Positions 13,215 to 25,730 of a DNA stretch of 57,168 nucleotides are shown here, piece after piece. A program made the position numbers and the translations under genes. This DNA is from Octopus bimaculoides (lineage: Eukaryota): assembly GCF_001194135.2 (NCBI RefSeq), contig NC_068995.1, positions 22,992,414-23,049,581 on the forward strand, written 5' to 3'. The notes beneath the pieces were generated by a model. It was not told the origin of the DNA. It was given only the letters and a program-made list of their open reading frames with translations, and searched no databases. The first letter of the stretch is position 1. Every line of letters begins with the position of its first letter.

Positions 13215-13660
13215 AATTTCAAATTTGCATGCGCATGAAAATGCAATGTGTTGTATCCGTTTTTTTTTTCCGTCGTTTTCTTTCGCATATAACCACTGCC
13301 TCCCCCGTGTCTTACAGTTGCAACCCCAATTATATTGGGAGTATTCGGCAGTTTTTCGACGAAGAGGTTTAACTCCAATCATTTCTAGTGAAGTGTTCTT
13401 TCCCTTAAGCAAAACTTCCGATATCAATCTATCGCGCTCTTTTGCTTCAAACCGCGTCTCTCATCAGAATATCCCGGCCGAAATTTGTGTATATTGTAAT
13501 CTCTCAGTTAATTCAATTCTCGTTTTTCTATCACGGAAGAGAATCGTCTTGAAATTATTTACGTTAGTTAGAGGAATAAAAGTATATTCACAAATATGAT
13601 TAATTTTTCTTTCCTTTAGGTATTGCAATCTCATTGGACAACATCAATGCGAAGCAGTTA
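13215..13660 (+). promoter_or_regulatory. CpG-undepleted unique segment; possible promoter/5' region
   Basis: About 19 CpG in ~310 bp (hand count); ATTTGCAT octamer overlapping an NRF1-like GCATGCGCATG; strong acceptor TTTTTCTTTCCTTTAG ending at 13619. Confidence 0.3.
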
Positions 13661-13859
13661 GGGTATATAACTGTAATTTAAAGAATTAACGTTATATAAA
13701 GGCAAAGAAATATAGGGGGTTTCATAACGAAAGTGATTCGTATGAGTAAAACAATAAAGTATTACCGTTCATTACTAGTGTAAAAGATTGAAAAAATACT
13801 ACCTCGGCGTGCGTAGATATGTGTGCACGTGTATCTTACCTATTTATGTATTCCACAAA

Positions 13860-13897
13860 TTTCCCTCTTTTCTTTTCTTTCCATTTCTATCACCAAC

Positions 13898-13953
<56 letters not shown>

Positions 13954-14622
13954 CCCCTCACTTCTATCTCTCTCTCTCTCTCTCTCTCTCGCTCTGTCTC
14001 TTCAATTCACAGTCTATAAATATATCATTATGACTTTTCAATTCCCCTCGTCTTTCTCCTTTCTCTCGTCTTTTAGATAACTTATATTTTCACGTTGTTT
14101 ACTGCATCTTTCCTTCCTGCAATATTTCACTCTCTGCTCAAATGCCTGCCTTTCTGGTTTGTTAACTGCCTACTGTATACTTATTTGTCTCCGTCTCTTA
14201 CTCTCTCTTTCCCTCGTCTCTCTCTTTCTCTCTCTCTCTCTCTCCTCTCTCACTGCCCCGTCCTTCTCTTTTATCTCTCTCTCTCTCTCTCTCTCCCGCT
14301 CCCTCTCTGTCAAGTCCCCACCTTTGTAATCATCTATCAAGTCTATCGGCGTAACCACTATTTTCAGCATCCTCATACCTACAGTGTGTGACGAAAAAGG
14401 AAAACAGCTATCAAAACAAAACTTTGAATACCGTAACTTGTCCTTTTATATATCCATATCAACGTTTGTGTGAGAGTGTAGGTATGTATGTATGAGTGTG
14501 TGTATGTGCGTGCATGTACATACATATGTATGTATATACAAAGATATAAATATATGCTAACATATGTATATATCACGAAACATAAATATAAGTATTTTTA
14601 AGCACGCACACACACGCATATA

Positions 14623-14666
<44 letters not shown>

Positions 14667-15103
14667 TATATATACGCATACATATAAAGGCACATATAAA
14701 CACACAAACACACACACACACACAAATATCTACACACTTTCGTATATTCTTACGCGTACATGGCCTTGCTCTGAGAAATGTAAACAGTTTGACTTTCACT
14801 CAATTGCATGGTAAATAATGACTGTCTTTTCATGCTACTATCGCTGCTTTTAATCTTAGGACTCAAAATGTGTACATTTATCTTTAATAAGGAACTATTC
14901 ATTTTGTCACATATATCATTCAATGATATATGCTTGTTTCTTCATAATCACATTGCTCTTTATATATTTCTTCTAAGTAGTTCGTTTCACCCGGTCTGTT
15001 TGTCCCTCTCTATCCTTGTCTGTACATTACTCGTTCTCACCGTCTCCGTCTCTCTCCCCTTCCTTCTTTGTCTCTCTCGTTTTGTTTCTTTGTCTCTCTC
15101 TTT

Positions 15104-15139
<36 letters not shown>

Positions 15140-15340
15140 TTCTCTCTGTGTCTCACTTGCTCTCTCTTTTTCTCACTCGCTCTATTTCTACTTCATTCCA
15201 TTTTTTTTCTGACTCGCACTTATTTGGGCTATTTCTGTCTCTATATTTTTCCGGTATTTTTATTTCATTTCTTTTTCTCCCCACCTCTCTCTCTCTCCCT
15301 CTCTCCCCCCTCTCTTTCTCACTCTCTCTCTCACTCTCAT
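13860..15340. repeat. CT-rich low-complexity tracts interleaved with TA/CA microsatellites
   Basis: Directly visible. Confidence 0.9.
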
Positions 15341-15405
15341 TGTATACTTAGGAATTCATATATTCTTGGACGATTTCTTTTCTTTTACCTTCATGTTAAA
15401 TTCAG

Positions 15406-15525
15406 AGCATTTCCAAAAGATAATTGTAATTGTCTCTCAGAACACAGATATAAGTATTGATGGAATTTTGCATGATGGTGAAATAGCATTATTTTATTAT
15501 AGGCCAAATTCTAAATGCTTGACAG
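15406..15525 (+). CDS. Candidate 120-nt symmetric (phase 1-1) coding exon, product unknown
   Basis: Acceptor TTTTCTTTTACCTTCATGTTAAATTCAG and donor ACAG|GTATGT; open frame HFQKIIVIVSQNTDISIDGILHDGEIALFYYRPNSKCLT. No recognised homology or partner exons. Confidence 0.25.
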
Positions 15526-16137
15526 GTATGTGGCACCATGACAGCAAGTCAGTTCTGTGGAGACATAGTGGGCAACAATTTCCAAAGAACTGTGATCCAA
15601 AAAGGCATATCGAGTCTACATGACTAATAGAAGTTGACATTTCGTAAAGCATTGAATTCTCCAGAGTAATTTACTGATTCTGCAAATAGTGGGTAGGAGA
15701 TAATACAAAGAGATAGTTGAAATGTATGTATGATATGATAGAGAATAATTTGTGTCTATGATGTTTTCCATATGTTAAACAGTAGTCAGAAACATTTTGA
15801 ACGAAAGTCAATAGGTCTTGAATATCATTTACTTGTCAAAACAAAATACAAAAAGAAATCTCAGCAAGAAAATAATTTTGCGTTGTTTTACGTACCCGTG
15901 TTTTCACTTGTAAATTATGTATAATATACTTAAAAATCAACGTACGAAGAAACAAACACTCACAGGTGAATATGCTAATTACACTAAGCTGAAAAAAAAT
16001 GAATGACACGGATATGTGTGTGTGTGTGTGTGTGTGTGTGTTAGTTTGCGCGTGCGCGCGCGTGCGTGTGTGTGTGAGTGTGAGTGTGTGTGTGATTGTA
16101 TGTATGCATGTATGCATGTATGTATTATGCATATGTG

Positions 16138-16192
<55 letters not shown>

Positions 16193-16914
16193 NNNNNNNN
16201 NNNNNNNNNNNNNNNNNNNNNNNNNNNNNNNNNNNNNNNNNNNNNNNNNNNNNNNNNNNNNNNNNNNNNNNNNNNNNNNNNNNNNNNNNNNNNNNNNNNN
16301 NNNNNNNNNNNNNNNNNNNNNNNNNNNNNNNNNNNNNNNNNNNNNNNNNNNNNNNNNNNNNNNNNNNNNNNNNNNNNNNNNNNNNNNNNNNNNNNNNNNN
16401 NNNNNNNNNNNNNNNNNNNNNNNNNNNNNNNNNNNNNNNNNNNNNNNNNNNNNNNNNNNNNNNNNNNNNNNNNNNNNNNNNNNNNNNNNNNNNNNNNNNN
16501 NNNNNNNNNNNNNNNNNNNNNNNNNNNNNNNNNNNNNNNNNNNNNNNNNNNNNNNNNNNNNNNNNNNNNNNNNNNNNNNNNNNNNNNNNNNNNNNNNNNN
16601 NNNNNNNNNNNNNNNNNNNNNNNNNNNNNNNNNNNNNNNNNNNNNNNNNNNNNNNNNNNNNNNNNNNNNNNNNNNNNNNNNNNNNNNNNNNNNNNNNNNN
16701 NNNNNNNNNNNNNNNNNNNNNNNNNNNNNNNNNNNNNNNNNNNNNNNNNNNNNNNNNNNNNNNNNNNNNNNNNNNNNNNNNNNNNNNNNNNNNNNNNNNN
16801 NNNNNNNNNNNNNNNNNNNNNNNNNNNNNNNNNNNNNNNNNNNNNNNNNNNNNNNNNNNNNNNNNNNNNNNTATATATACCCAGTCGTAGATAGATAGAT
16901 TGATAGATAGATAA

Positions 16915-16963
<49 letters not shown>

Positions 16964-16975
16964 CAGACAAACAGC

Positions 16976-17011
<36 letters not shown>

Positions 17012-17329
17012 TAGATAGATATACATACATATAGCATGTATACATACTCCGTGCATAAATCAGTCAGAAACCAAACATTAAAACCAGATTTCAGACTCAA
17101 TGGAGGATATTTATTACGATGTTTATTAACAGTTTTAGTGTATCCCATAGGGAGGGATTGCTCATGTTTTTTGGGCTTTTTTTTAGTTTGCAACCATGCT
17201 AAAAAGAGTTAATTTTATTTTGTAAATCTCTATTTACATGCACCAGTTTATATTGACACACACATTTATGTTGAGATATGAACAGAGCTCAGTAAATATT
17301 TTCAAAATATATTTATATACGTAAATAGT

Positions 17330-17470
17330 CATGTGCGGTTTAGGAGCAAGTTTGGCTTTGTGACAAGGAGCCTGTTTCCCAACTACATATTTCGGGGTTC
17401 AGTCCGTCTGCGTGGCACCTCGGGCAAGTGTAATCTACTACAGCCTTTCATCAACCAAAGCCTTCTAAAA
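17330..17470 (+). mobile_element. Diverged family A SINE head fragment
   Basis: GGGGTTCAGTCCGTCTGCGTGGCACCTCGGGCAAG matches the SINE head at 9275-9310. Confidence 0.75.
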
Positions 17471-17714
17471 GAATCCCAATCAAGCTAAGCGGTTATAGAA
17501 GCAATTATGCGGATAAACATATTAGATATATCAAATATAATAAATAAAAATCTTGTATATATATATGTATACACCTTACTTCCACCCGTTTAATTTCCTC
17601 TGTTCTTTGTACTCTGTGTAAGTTGGATCTATTAATATGTGTATATATTTGTACGTAAAACTTCATCGTTAAAAATTCCCCGTCTTTTACTTTCCTTCCT
17701 TATATATATACTAT

Positions 17715-17855
17715 ACTTGATTGGACTATATCAGGTGGACGAGAAGAGCCATGCAAGGAACGTGAAGAGAGCACAGCGTAATGACGGAAAGTCATGGTCG
17801 TGCTCCAGCATGACCACAGCCACTTGGCTGAAAAACATAAGTAAATAAATAAATA
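17715..17855 (+). mobile_element. CR1/L2-type LINE extreme 3' end
   Basis: Ends in GTGCTCCAGCATGACCACAGCC-ACTT-GGCTGAAA, as in the 22340 LINE tail; upstream peptide (VDE..HARNVKRA) resembles the LINE C-terminus VPDEP..RA.SNS. Confidence 0.55.
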
Positions 17856-18005
17856 CGTACAAATATACTTATATTACGTACAAATATATACACATATTAA
17901 TAGATCCAACGTACACAGAGTACAAAGGACAGAGGAAATTAAACGGGTGGATTTAAGGTGTATACATATATATATATATACGAGATGTATTTCATGCCCC
18001 AAACT

Positions 18006-18062
<57 letters not shown>

Positions 18063-18124
18063 ATATTTTGCGCTTCATGCCCAAACTATTATATTTAATA
18101 TATTTAATTTGTTTATCCACATAA

Positions 18125-18265
18125 TCGCCTCTGACTCTGTGTGTCTGTGTGCATGTGGGTTGTTGTATGTCTGTCCCCCACCAACCACCGCTTGACAACG
18201 TGTGCTTGTGTTTTCATGTCCACGTAACATAAGAGTTCGTCGAAAGAGCCTGGTAGAACAAATAC
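18125..18265 (+). mobile_element. Diverged family A SINE body fragment
   Basis: TGTCCCCCACCAACCACCGCTTGACAACG...TGTCCACGTAAC parallels 9443-9500. Confidence 0.7.
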
Positions 18266-18268
18266 GAA

Positions 18269-18900
18269 TTAATCAGGAATAGGCGGAATTTGAATAATTA
18301 AAAAAATCGTTATGCCATTCACATAGCATTCTTCCGACATACGGACAAAAGCAAACCTACTAACTTGGCCAGCTGCGTATGGATTAAGTGGAGAATAATT
18401 GAGAAATCTATACCTGGTGTTAATAGATCGAATACATGTAGGTTTTGTTTGGCTGAAAGAGCACAAATCCACTTCAGATCTAATAAACCTCTCTATCTAC
18501 TGAAAACTAGGTCTGAAATGTTCTTTGATTGCATTCATATGCATAAATATATCTTAAAGAATTGTTAAATTCCTCCTATTCCTGATTAACTTGCTGATAT
18601 CATTTTAGCCTTATAATTTAAGATCTAAGGGAGATAACTCTTTTAGTTTTTATACTTTTTACTTTTTACATTTTAGTTTTTGTGTTTTTGTTTTCCGTTT
18701 TTCGTTTCACTAGTTTTAATCTTATGCTGATTTCTTAATTTTTTTGTATTTCTGCTCTTATTCATTTTTTTTTAGTTCGTTATGATATGTGGTCTGTGTT
18801 CGATGAAGATGATATCCCTCATAATTTTGTAGAGTGCATATTTCTTATTTTTTAGCAAGAATAGTATTGACAGTGACTCCGAGTTAGGCCAGCTAATCTA
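18269..18900 (+). mobile_element. PLE 3' fragment: GIY-YIG C-terminus + 3' UTR, with an inverted copy of the ORF end at its 5' junction
   Basis: Translation ...KPTNLASCVW/IKWRIIEKS...NTCRFCLAERAQI...LLKTRSEMFFDCIHMHKYILKNC* matches the PLE terminal pattern T.LS..IW..I.W.I..C.LC..E...LN.RSE...C.H..K; 30-bp inverted repeat 18269-18299 / 18560-18589. Confidence 0.8.
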
Positions 18901-20026
18901 TCATCGCACGGGGATACATTTAAGTTACTCTTGGTTTTATATAGTCTCCTTTGAAATACATTTTACCTTGGGTATGTGGGATCCATAGATATATTAGCAA
19001 ATGCGTGTTTATGTATGAGTGTGGAGTGCGAAAGTATGAATGTGTGAAGAGTAGACTTCTTTTGTTGTTTATTCCAACTGCTTAGCATCGCCAAAACAGG
19101 TCATAAAAATGGCTTATGTCGTTTAATACAAAACGTTTTGATCTGATAACTTCCATCTGACTTTATTTTAAACTACTTTTAATAACTTGTATTCTTAGTT
19201 GACGTGAATCTTACATGATATATCAAATCATAAATGGCAATTATTTTAAATAAATTTGGAGATCGTTCTTTGATTTAGACCTGCAGAACTAAGAAGAAAT
19301 ATATATATCACTTCTGTAATATTCGTAAACTCATCATAGATTCTAAGTTTCTGAAATGATTACTTGGAAAGATTTCAAGAATAACTTGGAAATTTTTGTG
19401 AAAGTGAAAACGATTTGTATATAATTATATATTAGCTGAGAGTCGGAGGGGTAGGTGTAAATAAAGACATGAATAATCATATATATATATATATATATAT
19501 ATACAAAATTAGGGAGTAGAGTGGGTAAAATCCAGGCTAAATATGTTTCATATCCAGCAGAACCTCGAAAATAGTAATTATCCAAATGAGTGTTAAGCTG
19601 TTAGCTACTCGTCGGGCCAAAGATACCGTAACCAAGTAAGGTTTACATTGGTGTCGCGGTATCTCACGTTGACTCACACGAGATTTGATCGAAATCACAA
19701 TTTTCAGGGGATTTCGCCCTACACTGATGTTTAGCTTTGCGTCGCTCTGTCCCACGGCTTCCAATTTAAGCAACTGGAGATATCTATATGAACAATATCA
19801 ATGTATCTAGTAGTATTTGATATTGATAAAACTTTATAACTATTGTTCACTCAATTACGAACACATACATATAATAGTTAAATTTAAAGATGTATAAGTT
19901 AATATGAGATTTCATTCATTCAGTAGCCTACAGAATGAGCTACTCAAGAAATATTGTGAATATGTATGTACATTTATTTAAATATACAGATATACACGCA
20001 TGAAGGTACAGCAGAGTTAATATATA

Positions 20027-20092
20027 TATCCCTATTTTGCAGAGAAAAGTGTAGGTGGAGCCACCTACACTTTTCTCTGCAAAATAGGGATA
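20027..20092. repeat. Perfect palindrome: 32-bp arms, 2-nt loop
   Basis: TATCCCTATTTTGCAGAGAAAAGTGTAGGTGG-AG-CCACCTACACTTTTCTCTGCAAAATAGGGATA; arms are exact reverse complements. Confidence 0.97.
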
Positions 20093-20129
20093 GTTTATCC
20101 TGTTCAGGCTATTTTATTACCATTATTCT

Positions 20130-20169
<40 letters not shown>

Positions 20170-20429
20170 TAGATGTATGTGTGTGTGTGTGTGTTTACTC
20201 CATGCAAAGTGTATCGAATGTATATTAACTATCTCATCAGTGTGCCCGTTCAGAGAGTAAATTAGTGAAGGCTATTTTGATGTTACATATTGGTGTTAAT
20301 ATATATGTCCACACATCCAGAGAAAGGAGAAAGAATAAACATCTCATATCCTAGTCGTAAGAAGGTAAGAGATTCAGAGCTGTTGTCGTCATAAACTCCT
20401 ATATAAAACGAATAATTATATATATACAT

Positions 20430-21065
20430 ATTAAAATCTTATCTACACATAGCAGTGATGCAGCACTTAGACAAATTACTGAAGCTACACACATAATAGA
20501 AGAGAAACCTAGCCTGAATAGGAAACTAGAATGGAACACTAACACACACCACTAACAAACCACAAACCACAGCACGTGACAACATGTTACCCATAAACCA
20601 ATAATAATATGAACAAAGTATAATACAATACATAGATAAACAAATGGAATTAAATACTACATACGTTAACAAAATTTAATTAAACACACAAAAAAAAACA
20701 AAAAAGACACACACACACATGAACAAATAAATAAATAAAAACAAATACAAACGAACACGTATTAACAGAGTATATAGGTGATACAGNNNNNNNNNNNNNN
20801 NNNNNNNNNNNNNNNNNNNNNNNNNNNNNNNNNNNNNNNNNNNNNNNNNNNNNNNNNNNNNNNNNNNNNNNNNNNNNNNNNNNNNNNNNNNNNNNNNNNN
20901 NNNNNNACACAGACACATTGAAAGACACGCATGCGTAGACACATACAATAGGAATACAAAATACAAAATGGCTGATATTTAGCAAGGTGAGACACACATA
21001 AGAAGGAAGGAAACAAAGGACCACTGATGAGGTCACAGAAGTGTGACGAAAGAACTCTGGCCGAA
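20430..21065 (+). mobile_element. PLE 3' end: GIY-YIG C-terminal peptide, AC-rich UTR and hammerhead ribozyme
   Basis: IKILSTHSSDAALRQITEATHII..(frameshift)KPSLNRKLEW resembles the PLE C-terminal DA.LRQI.EA..I...LN.K.EW motif; gap 20787-20906; HHR at the end. Confidence 0.7.
21018..21062 (+). ncRNA. Type I hammerhead ribozyme (minimal stem III)
   Basis: GGACCA-CTGATGA-G-GTCACA-GAAG-TGTGAC-GAAA-GAAC-TC-TGGCC: intact core boxes, perfect 6-bp stem II with tetraloop, CUC cleavage triplet (after 21057), stem I CCA/TGG with probable extension. Confidence 0.8.
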
Positions 21066-21176
21066 ATAAGATTAAGATTAATGTAATATAAAGCTGAAGC
21101 AAATTAACACCAAATATACAGTGCGTGTGTTTTTATTGGCTAAACTGGCAATATGACCATCCCCAAATACAACAAC

Positions 21177-21243
<67 letters not shown>

Positions 21244-21666
21244 TGTACGCACACACATACAAACATGTATATATAGAAAACGATCATGTATCTATATATG
21301 TTTATGCACACAAAAGTACATTTTTGTATATACACGCATACATATGGATATTAAAACATACATATATTGTGCTTGTAACATACATACAAATTGTAATATA
21401 AGTGTTGAGCAAGCATTTTTCGTAACTTTAAAATATCTGGAACAAAGTGTTTTGTGCTTAACTTTAAGAAACAATTTATAACGTATAAACTGTCGAAGAA
21501 ATATCAAAACGAGTTAAAAGAATACCATTAATGCCCATTTCCATTGCTATATCCTTCGGGGTATATAAAAGAGAACATTCTGAAAATTTATCATACAGCG
21601 TAATATATTTTACACATCCGAACACGGAAAGCACACGCGCTCACACATGGACACACATGGACACAC

Positions 21667-21721
<55 letters not shown>

Positions 21722-22339
21722 TCATCACACCATAGAATGTCATAGCATAGAATATAAGCGTGTCTCTGATTGTGTATGTAAATAAAATAATACTACAGTT
21801 TTATAATAGTCATTGAGTAGAATTGAGGATTGTTAAAGAGAAATTATACATTTTGTATTTTCCACTTAAACGTTTCTGAGGACACTTTATAAAATCAATA
21901 TACTATATGAAATTCTTTTCTAGACATTATTGTTCTATTTTGAGCTTCTTCTAAATTATTGGTACGTTGCAGGTGAGTAAGTCAATAGAACTTTGTCTAC
22001 CAACCTTCAGTTCGGGGATCATATCTTATAAAAACTGGTAATTTCATTTGAAGTGCTTCTTAATTTGTTCACTATACGAGTCATTGAGGAATCTTCATTA
22101 AATATCAATCTGTTGTTTTATTTATAGATATATCAGTGGAATATGGTAAGCAATATATTATTAGTGAATCCATGTAATCCAAAAGATTTATATCGGCAAA
22201 TTTTGAAACACTGTATAGAAACTTTAAACGTCTAACACATATATATCTACTGAACTGGTCAGTAATTATCTCTATATATTGCCAAGATCCATTACAGAAA
22301 TATATCCTGACAAGCCCAATGTATAATGCATGTCGCTTC

Positions 22340-22910
22340 GATGTATTTTATTCTTCTATACGTTTCAGCCACAAGGCTGTGGTCATACTGAGGCACCACC
22401 ATATTATATGATTGGCTTTTGGTGAAGGAGGGAGTTCGACTCTGTTGCCCTCTTTTGAGTCTCTTGCCTTGATATTGGCTCATTTAGGACCTTGGATAGC
22501 AGGAGGTCAGGTTGTTTCTTGAAAACATCTACTCACACTCACACTCCATAAAGATCACTGAGATGTTTTGGCAAGGCGGTAAATAGCTGTGGGCCCTTGA
22601 ATTCCAAGCTGTTGCAGTACATGGCCGTCACTCTAGATGGGACAGCTGAGAACTGTGGAACAGTGCAGTGATATCGATTCCAGCGTTTGGTGCCAGTCAC
22701 TCCTGTAACTTTCACACATACATCATTGCACACCTCTCCCGTCTTCGCTTCAGGAGGTAGAGTTGTAGCTCTTTCAGTCTCTGCCAGTAGCTCGGCTGTT
22801 CCATTGATATAATCTTCCTTGTGTAACTTCGCTGAACCGCCTCAAGTTCCGCTATTATTCTGACATTGTAGAGTGACCACAGGTGAGAGCAGTAGTCCAG
22901 ACAGACTACT
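22340..22910 (-). mobile_element. CR1/L2-type LINE 3' fragment including 3' UTR stem-loop
   Basis: YCNSLEFKGPQLFTALPKHL...VDVFKKQPDLLLSKVLNEP...SNSLLHQ is homologous to the 39575 copy (NSLSFRGPQLFNILPKDL). Confidence 0.85.
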
Positions 22911-24381
22911 CATTTTTGTTATTTAATTTTTAATTATACAGACTGCTGTTGCAATAAAAAGAAAGAACATGTATAATTTATAAACGAATGTCACTATTGG
23001 AACGTCCTCCAAAAAAAGGTCACTTCAATCGCGATTGGCCTGGTAGTTTGCACGCTCCGAAACTTATATAGTATAGTGTAACTGAAATAGCAAGATTTTT
23101 CTAGCAACTATTTGTCTGTTAACATTTGATAATCCCCTGACAATTATTTGGGAATATGCCCTTGCATGAATCTCTGCCAAGCAGCGGCTTTTTCGTGGCT
23201 GTTTGAGCAGTTTGTGTTCTACATTATGCAGGATCAATGGTTGATCATGACTGAAATATAGCCAAATCTGAATGAAAATATAGTCTTAGGATTTCTACTC
23301 TCGCACAGATTTTGTTTGTCACAATAAAATTTCTTCAAATGGTATTTGTACCTCAGCAGTTTTCAGTATTCGGAAGGTTACTGTCCATGAAGTGTGTTGT
23401 CATCAGCCGCATCAAAAACTGACCGAGTAGTTTTAAAATCAAACACAAAACCGAGCTGTGGCCATCCTTTCATTGTTAGGGTCTATTTGGGATATAATTA
23501 TACAATTTGTTTCCTATTTTATTTAGATAGAAAATTCTCTCTAATCAGCAAAAATAACAACGGTTTCCATATTTATATGTCAGCTATATAATGAAATTGA
23601 GGGTAGGAAAATGCTACCCCATAAATAAACGTGTATATGCGTGAGTGAGTGCGCATCGTTATTTCAGTGTGAATGTGATCGGCTCTCTATATGTATCAGC
23701 CTTTATATTTGCAAGTGTGGTAATATAAAATTTGTTATATACTTATGAAGGTAAGTAGGAGATTCCGAAATAACACAATACATTCCTTATAAGTCTTGAT
23801 ATCATTTTCACAACATCATATCGAACTGAAGCGAAATCAATCTAAAATTCAATTAAATGCTATCACCTTTCCACTCATTATCTATACAAATTTGAGAAAT
23901 TGCTAAACAACAATACAAAAGAACAAAGAAAAAATACATTTGCTTTAAAAGTATAAACAATTCATTCGTCTCTAATGTTATTTACAATTCATGTATTTAT
24001 TAAACTTTCTTTCTGTTTCGCTTATATTTATTCTTTTCACTATTTATTTTGTTATTTTGTGTGGTTTATTCACCATTCATTGCGAAATATAAAGACTGTG
24101 AAACTAATCATATTTGTATCTATTGCAAAAACCGCAGTTGCAAAACTTGATAGGAACGCATGTAAATAAATGGAATTTCAAACCGATTAAAGCTACGCAT
24201 TATTGATGTAGAGAAAAACATATATAACATATTCTATTCTTTTATTTCTTGTGAACTACATACGTTTATCTACATTGTCAAATACACATAATAACATACA
24301 TGTCCCTCTCTAGGTCTATATCTATCAACCTCATTCACTCTCTCTTTCAATATACACATATGTGCGCGCGCACACACTCAT

Positions 24382-24435
<54 letters not shown>

Positions 24436-24849
24436 AAATGTACACACAAACGCACGCACACATGCACACGTATGTATTAATATATACGCGCAGTTTATAT
24501 AAGTCTACGTATGCAAGCATGACTGTAAATATGTATGTATTTCATTTATTCGATCTGGTTTCGCCTATGGCAAATAAAACGGAGCAATTCCTGTGATATC
24601 CATTTCACGTTAATACGATAGATAGAAGCTACTATTTCCTCAATAAATTCATAAATCCTTTATTACATAAAGTCTATGCTTTCGTTTTAGTTTTCCATTT
24701 ATTTGTGTTTAGTCTGTTACGTTATGTCTTTCCACTTCAAATACGATCTAATAATGATTGCTTTGATAAATGTAAACAAATTCATTCAAATCTATTCAAC
24801 AACATGTTCGAAACAGTGAGTGATTCCGTCGTTTACATAGGTTATTTCA

Positions 24850-24901
24850 TCTCAATGTCTTGTTTATATACCATTGAGTGTGTATGTGTGTGAGTTTGTA
24901 C

Positions 24902-24958
<57 letters not shown>

Positions 24959-25170
24959 TACATACATACGTGTACGTACATATATATATTTATATATATG
25001 TATATATGTACGTGGGAATATGTGTGTCTCAGTATATATTTGTTTATGGGTATGTGTGCAGGTCACTTTGTATGTGAATGTGAAAATTTGTATAAAAACG
25101 CACACACATACGTGTACAGTCGTGCCTATACATATACACATACACACACATACATATATGTATATATATA

Positions 25171-25234
<64 letters not shown>

Positions 25235-25478
25235 TACACACANNNNNNNNNNNNNNNNNNNNNNNNNNNNNNNNNNNNNNNNNNNNNNNNNNNNNNNNNN
25301 NNNNNNNNNNNNNNNNNNNNNNNNNNNNNNNNNNNNNNNNNNNNNNNNNNNNNNNNNNNNNNNNNNNNNNNNNNNNNNNNNNNNNNNNNNNNNNNNNNNN
25401 NNNNNNNNNNNACACATAATATATATATAAACTTATATATATATGCATAATATGTATATATAGATATGTGTGGGAGGG

Positions 25479-25516
<38 letters not shown>

Positions 25517-25730
25517 GTGTGTGTAAATAGATAGAGAAAAGTATACATGCATATATATGTACATATATTACCTGCATTTATGTATGCATGTGCATGTATG
25601 TTTGTATGTATGTGTATGTATGTGTATGTGTTTATGCATGTATGTATGCATGCATGTATGTATGCATGCATGTATGTATGCATGCATGTATGTATGTATT
25701 TATGTATGCATGCATGTGTTTGCAGGTTGA
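24850..25730. repeat. TA/TG/CATG-type microsatellite cluster with gap
   Basis: Directly visible. Confidence 0.95.

Noticed and set aside
18795-18850. Hammerhead in the 18269 PLE UTR (GATGAAGATGATAT...ATATTTC)
   Set aside because: Both core boxes are corrupted; not supportable.
19600-19780. Minus-strand CTGAAAA plus hairpin as a hammerhead
   Set aside because: No GAAA box or stem I; left as an unclassified GC-richer segment.
21924-21972. 49-nt exon with perfect CAG|GTGAGT donor (TLLFYFELLLNYWYVA)
   Set aside because: Phase does not fit the 15406 candidate, there is no homology, and consensus donors are expected by chance.
23668-23750. Exon ending at AAG|GTAAGT
   Set aside because: Stops in all three frames and no other support.
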